Source: Guillardia theta CCMP2712
Lineage: Eukaryota > Protista > Cryptophyta
DNA: 64,000 nucleotides
Reading direction: 5' to 3'
NCBI RefSeq assembly: GCF_000315625.1
Contig: NW_005434614.1
Location: 2,402-66,401, forward strand
The notes beneath the pieces are model-generated. The model did no database searches. It had not been told where the DNA came from and saw only the letters and a list, made by a program, of their open reading frames with translations. The translations under genes and the position numbers were made by a program. Shown here piece after piece: positions 60,529 to 64,000 of this stretch. The first letter of the stretch is position 1. Every line of letters starts with the position of its first letter.

Positions 60529-60837
60529 GCTGTTGGAAGAGATGGAAAACGTCGAGTTGAAGTATGTATTATGAAACAAGAAAAGGACACGGGAGGAAAT
60601 GAAGACAAAATTTGCACCAATCTCGACCTCAACACGCCTGCGTCCTTCTCCCCGTCCTCTCCACCAACACGTTCTCCTCCGCCTCCTCCATCCCTTCGAC
60701 AGAAGCACATCTGCTCTCGAACCAACTTCGTCGACACGTAGACGTCCTCGCTGTCTCGGCCCCCCTCATGCACAAGGCCCGCGTGATACTTCTCCACTTC
60801 CTCCTCCTCCTCCTCCTGTTGACTCCTTCCCTCCACC

Positions 60838-62879
60838 TCATCGTCTGTAGTAGTAACCGTATCCTTGTCCGTGCGCCCCCGGGGCTCCTGGGGATCCTGG
60901 CGACCCGTGCGCCCCCTGTCCGGTAGTGAGCCACGAGCATCAGCAAGGTCATCGCGCTTACGTTCGATCCTGGTGCTCCCGACACACCAGGGGCTCCCGG
61001 CGCGCCATGCGCTCCAGGTACTCCTCCCTGCCGTCATGTCAGCGCCGGCCACCGGGTTGCGCCCGACTGTACTCACCGCTCCGTTGAGCCCGGGGGCTCC
61101 TTGCGTTCCTGGGGCTCCTGCAGAGAGAGGTCAAGAGAGGAGGAGGTGTGAGGAGCTCAGAGTCCTCACCAGCCGGGCCGGGCAGACCGTTGAGCCCAGC
61201 TGGGCCCGGCTGCCCGGGGATTCCTGGAGCGCCCATGGCCCCCTGAGGTCCAGCGATGCCGGGAAGACCGTGAGGTCCCATCGGGCCCACTGGGCCTGGC
61301 ACGCCGTTCTCTCCTCGCGGTCCCTCCTGCCCTGGTGGGCCGGGGGGTCCTGGGGCTCCGGGCTGACCAGCCGGTCCAGACTGACCCGGAGGACCCTGCG
61401 GGCCCGTTGCTCCAGTCGCCCCGGGGCTCCCATCCTCTCCCGCAGGTCCGACTGGCCCACTAGGCCCTGGCGCTCCCATGGGTCCAGGAAGTCCAGGTGC
61501 CCCAGGGATCGAGTGTCCTGTCGCTCCACGGGGGCCACGAATTCCCGGGTCTCCCCGAGGCCCGACGGCTCCTGGTGGGCCGGTGAGACCTGGTGGTCCC
61601 TGCAGACCCATCGGGCCTGGCTTCCCTCTGTAGCCTCGCGGGCCCTCCGGTCCCGGGATCCCATCCCGACCTGCCAGTCCTGGAGGTCCTTGGGGTCCCA
61701 TGGGTCCCATGGGTCCAGTTCTTCCTGGACTTCCCGCCACGCCCTGTGCATCTCCGTGTGAGGTGAAGGAGGAGAAGGAGGAGAAAGAAAAGGAGAATGG
61801 TCGTCACCTGCAACCCGGGCGGTCCCATCTTGCCTGTAATGGTGTCAAGTCATGGCCTGAAACACTGGGCAAGGGCGCTACTGCTCACCTGCTATTCCTG
61901 CTGGTCCCATGGGTCCTGGCACACCACGAGGTCCAGGAGGAGGCTGCTCCCGGCTCAGCCTCTCGAGCTCTCTTCGCAATCGATCATATCTATCGCACAA
62001 CCTCAGGCTCACAGAAAGGTTGAACAACAAGGGAAACCGTTGCTTCAGTTGCGAGTTGCGCTTCTCCAGACCTTCGATCTCGTCTTGCTGCTCGCTGCGG
62101 ATGGAGTGAAACTCCTTCTCCTCCAGCGCTTGCCTGGTTTCACTGTTTGATTGTTCAGACTCGCAAACGGGGCTTCCAGGAAAGCAAACTCACGTCAGCT
62201 GAGCAATCTGTGACAACCTGTCGAACTCCTCCTTGACCGTAGGGATGATTTGGGCTTGTGTCACTGTAACTCGAGGAGCTGCGCCTCTGTGCACTGTAAC
62301 AGCGCCCAGTGGTCCTCCCTGTACGACGATACTCCCAGAAGCCTTCGAAGGCACAACATCAGCAGCTTCGTCGCTTACATCGGCTAGGGATTGCGAGAAG
62401 TCATGGTTCACAAAGTGCCCTGTCAGGGTCACGCCTGAACTAAGAAGAGAGGAGTTGTGCGAAATGGCGGTCTGCGAAGAAGGCAAATCAGTGAAACGAA
62501 AGCCAAGGGGATTCAATAGACGGAAAGCAACATGGCGAACAAGTGTCTTTGGCAACAAGAAACCCACTGAAACATGATTGATTGAAACTAGCTTTCTCGA
62601 TTATTGTAACATCTACACTATCACAATCTCTTCATGTCTTCCAGCAGTTGGCCACAAAACTTCTCGCTGGTGTATGCCACACCCAACACCTCAGCCTTAT
62701 TTCCCATCTTCGTTTCCACTCCTCCCTCACCCCAATCCTTTGATCATACCATCACCAACTTCTCTCTGCCTTCTCCATACTCCATTTATTCCTCCTCCAT
62801 TTTCCTCCATAGTCACCTGCAGAGCCGCCATGATCAGCAACAAGGCGCTTCCTCCCGCCAGCCATCGCACAGGCTCCAT
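60838..62879 (-). CDS. Secreted collagen-like (Gly-X-Y) protein with preceding coiled coil
   Basis: First exon [21 protein letters not shown]|GT; coiled coil ([19 protein letters not shown]); more than 60 Gly-X-Y triplets in 61160-61740; ends [16 protein letters not shown]. Confidence 0.9.
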
Positions 62880-62889
62880 GGCGGCTCTT

Positions 62890-63750
62890 CGCACAGACCC
62901 CACCCCAACATATTCCACAGAAAAATCTAGAAAAGGGTGGGTAGGTGTCCTGTTCTAATACTACCCCGTCAGAACATATGGTGTCAGGGGGTACTGGTCA
63001 GCCCGGGCTGTGCCTCTGGTGACGGCGAGTGCCAGTGCGGCGCAGCCGCCGCCGGGGGCCGGGCCGCCCGGCCCGGCCAGTCACTGATTACTAGTACCAT
63101 ACCTTTTACTCAAAGTTTAGTTAAAAATCAGTACGAAGGACAACTCGGGAGGCTTGACCCTGACACCGCGGCCATGCCGCCGGGCGCCGGCACTGCTCAG
63201 CCTGGCAGTGATGGCCGGCGGGCGGCCCCGGACCGTGCGGGCCCGGCGGGCCGCCGCCGGCGGCCCGGGCCCGGCGGCCGCGCGCAGCGGCCGGGCTGAC
63301 CCCGGTCGGACCGTGAAAGTTACTGAAGGGACACCCCTACCCCAATAGATCCAGTTAGAAGTACCCCACCCTGTCTGTTCCTTCCTTCTCCGAGTCGGCC
63401 CCCCGTCTGCCACTGGCTTTACTACCCCCTCCTAATTGAACTGACCCTGTGATCTATCACCCATTTGCTGCGGAAGGATGGGGTACTATGAATACCCCAC
63501 CCTATAAACAGAGGATAACATCTGGACCCACCTTGCCTGTATCAAGCTATAAAATACCTTTTCTCCTCCCTCCACCCCTCCTTTCGAACAAATTTTCGCG
63601 AAAGGGAAAGCTGCCCACCCCTACCTACTCAGTAGTACCCCTGTATTCCCACGTGTGCGAGAACCCCACGCAACATACGCCAGGTACCCGTACCCTTGAC
63701 CTGATCCTCTACCACCGGTCAAAATTCAAGGGGAAATAACCCCTGGTCCC
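62890..63750. promoter_or_regulatory. Intergenic region with GC island (63000-63310), conserved core and TACCCC tract
   Basis: Same architecture as 380-2020, upstream of the collagen-like gene. Confidence 0.55.
63105..63168 (+). repeat. Dispersed conserved element, copy 2
   Basis: GTTAAAAATCAGTACGA 63120-63136, GAGGCTTGACCC 63149-63160, CCCTGACACCG 63158-63168. Confidence 0.85.
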
Positions 63751-64000
63751 TCCTCCTTCTATGCCGCCGGCGCCGCCTTTTGGAACAGCGGCATGAGCAC
63801 TGATTGAAAGGACCGCCCCCTTACCCCCTTACTTCCTTTATCTCCCTTTTCATCTTCCTCCAGTTTCTATCTTAACGCGTTTCTCCTTGTGCCATCCCTT
63901 CCTGCTGGGGTCTGTGGATTTCTTGAACATTTTCAAGGATCTCCTGAGGCACGGCAAAACTCAATTTTTGGGAAGTTTGCCAGCCGTATTGCTCCTTCCA

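Noticed and set aside
62815-62835. CTGCAG|AGCCGCC-ATG as a plus-strand gene start
   Set aside because: Better explained as the minus-strand signal-peptide exon and donor of the collagen-like gene.
63101-63115. CCTTTTACT.AAAG resembling U5 snRNA loop 1
   Set aside because: No complementary stem upstream, no downstream Sm site on that strand, and the word is not conserved in copy 1.
63140-63170. GGTCAAGCC on the minus strand as a tRNA B-box
   Set aside because: No cloverleaf, no A-box and no proper T-arm stem. No tRNA called.
63760-64000. Possible start of a plus-strand gene at the window end
   Set aside because: Too little sequence and no recognisable domain.
1-64000. Autonomous transposons, rRNA, viral inserts
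   Set aside because: No transposase, RT, integrase, rRNA or capsid-like sequence recognised.

Overview
Gene-dense eukaryotic nuclear scaffold with many short (~45-60 nt) GT-AG introns, microsatellite-filled longer introns and four N-gaps. Signal peptide + 'A-F' plastid-targeting presequences, GAG/CAT/CAG satellites and multi-PDZ proteins suggest a cryptophyte alga such as Guillardia theta (inference). About 26 spliced genes can be traced. Recognisable ones: CRAL-TRIO protein, an uncharacterised macro/PARG-like protein, a Patched/NPC1-like sterol-sensing protein, a PPP1R36-like protein, acyl-protein thioesterase, ADP/ATP carrier, LRR protein, multi-PDZ protein, SARAF/TMEM66, RS-rich protein, RING-ARM protein, plastid NYC1/NOL-like SDR, NDUFA12, ankyrin protein, PH-domain protein and a secreted collagen-like protein. 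The most interesting signals are non-coding: (1) genes alternate strand almost perfectly, and nearly all head-to-head gaps carry GGGGTA/TACCCC clusters; (2) a conserved AT-rich core (GTTAAAAATCAGTACGA...GAGGCTTGACCC...CCCTGACACCG) inside GGCC/CCGG-rich arms recurs 62 kb apart, with partial copies in other divergent gaps; (3) many start codons lie 1-12 nt after a 3' splice-site-like AG, consistent with spliced-leader trans-splicing, including three head-to-tail pairs that lack the promoter motif. Most ORFs in the supplied track are microsatellite or antisense artefacts. Gene boundaries were spliced by eye and are approximate unless stated.
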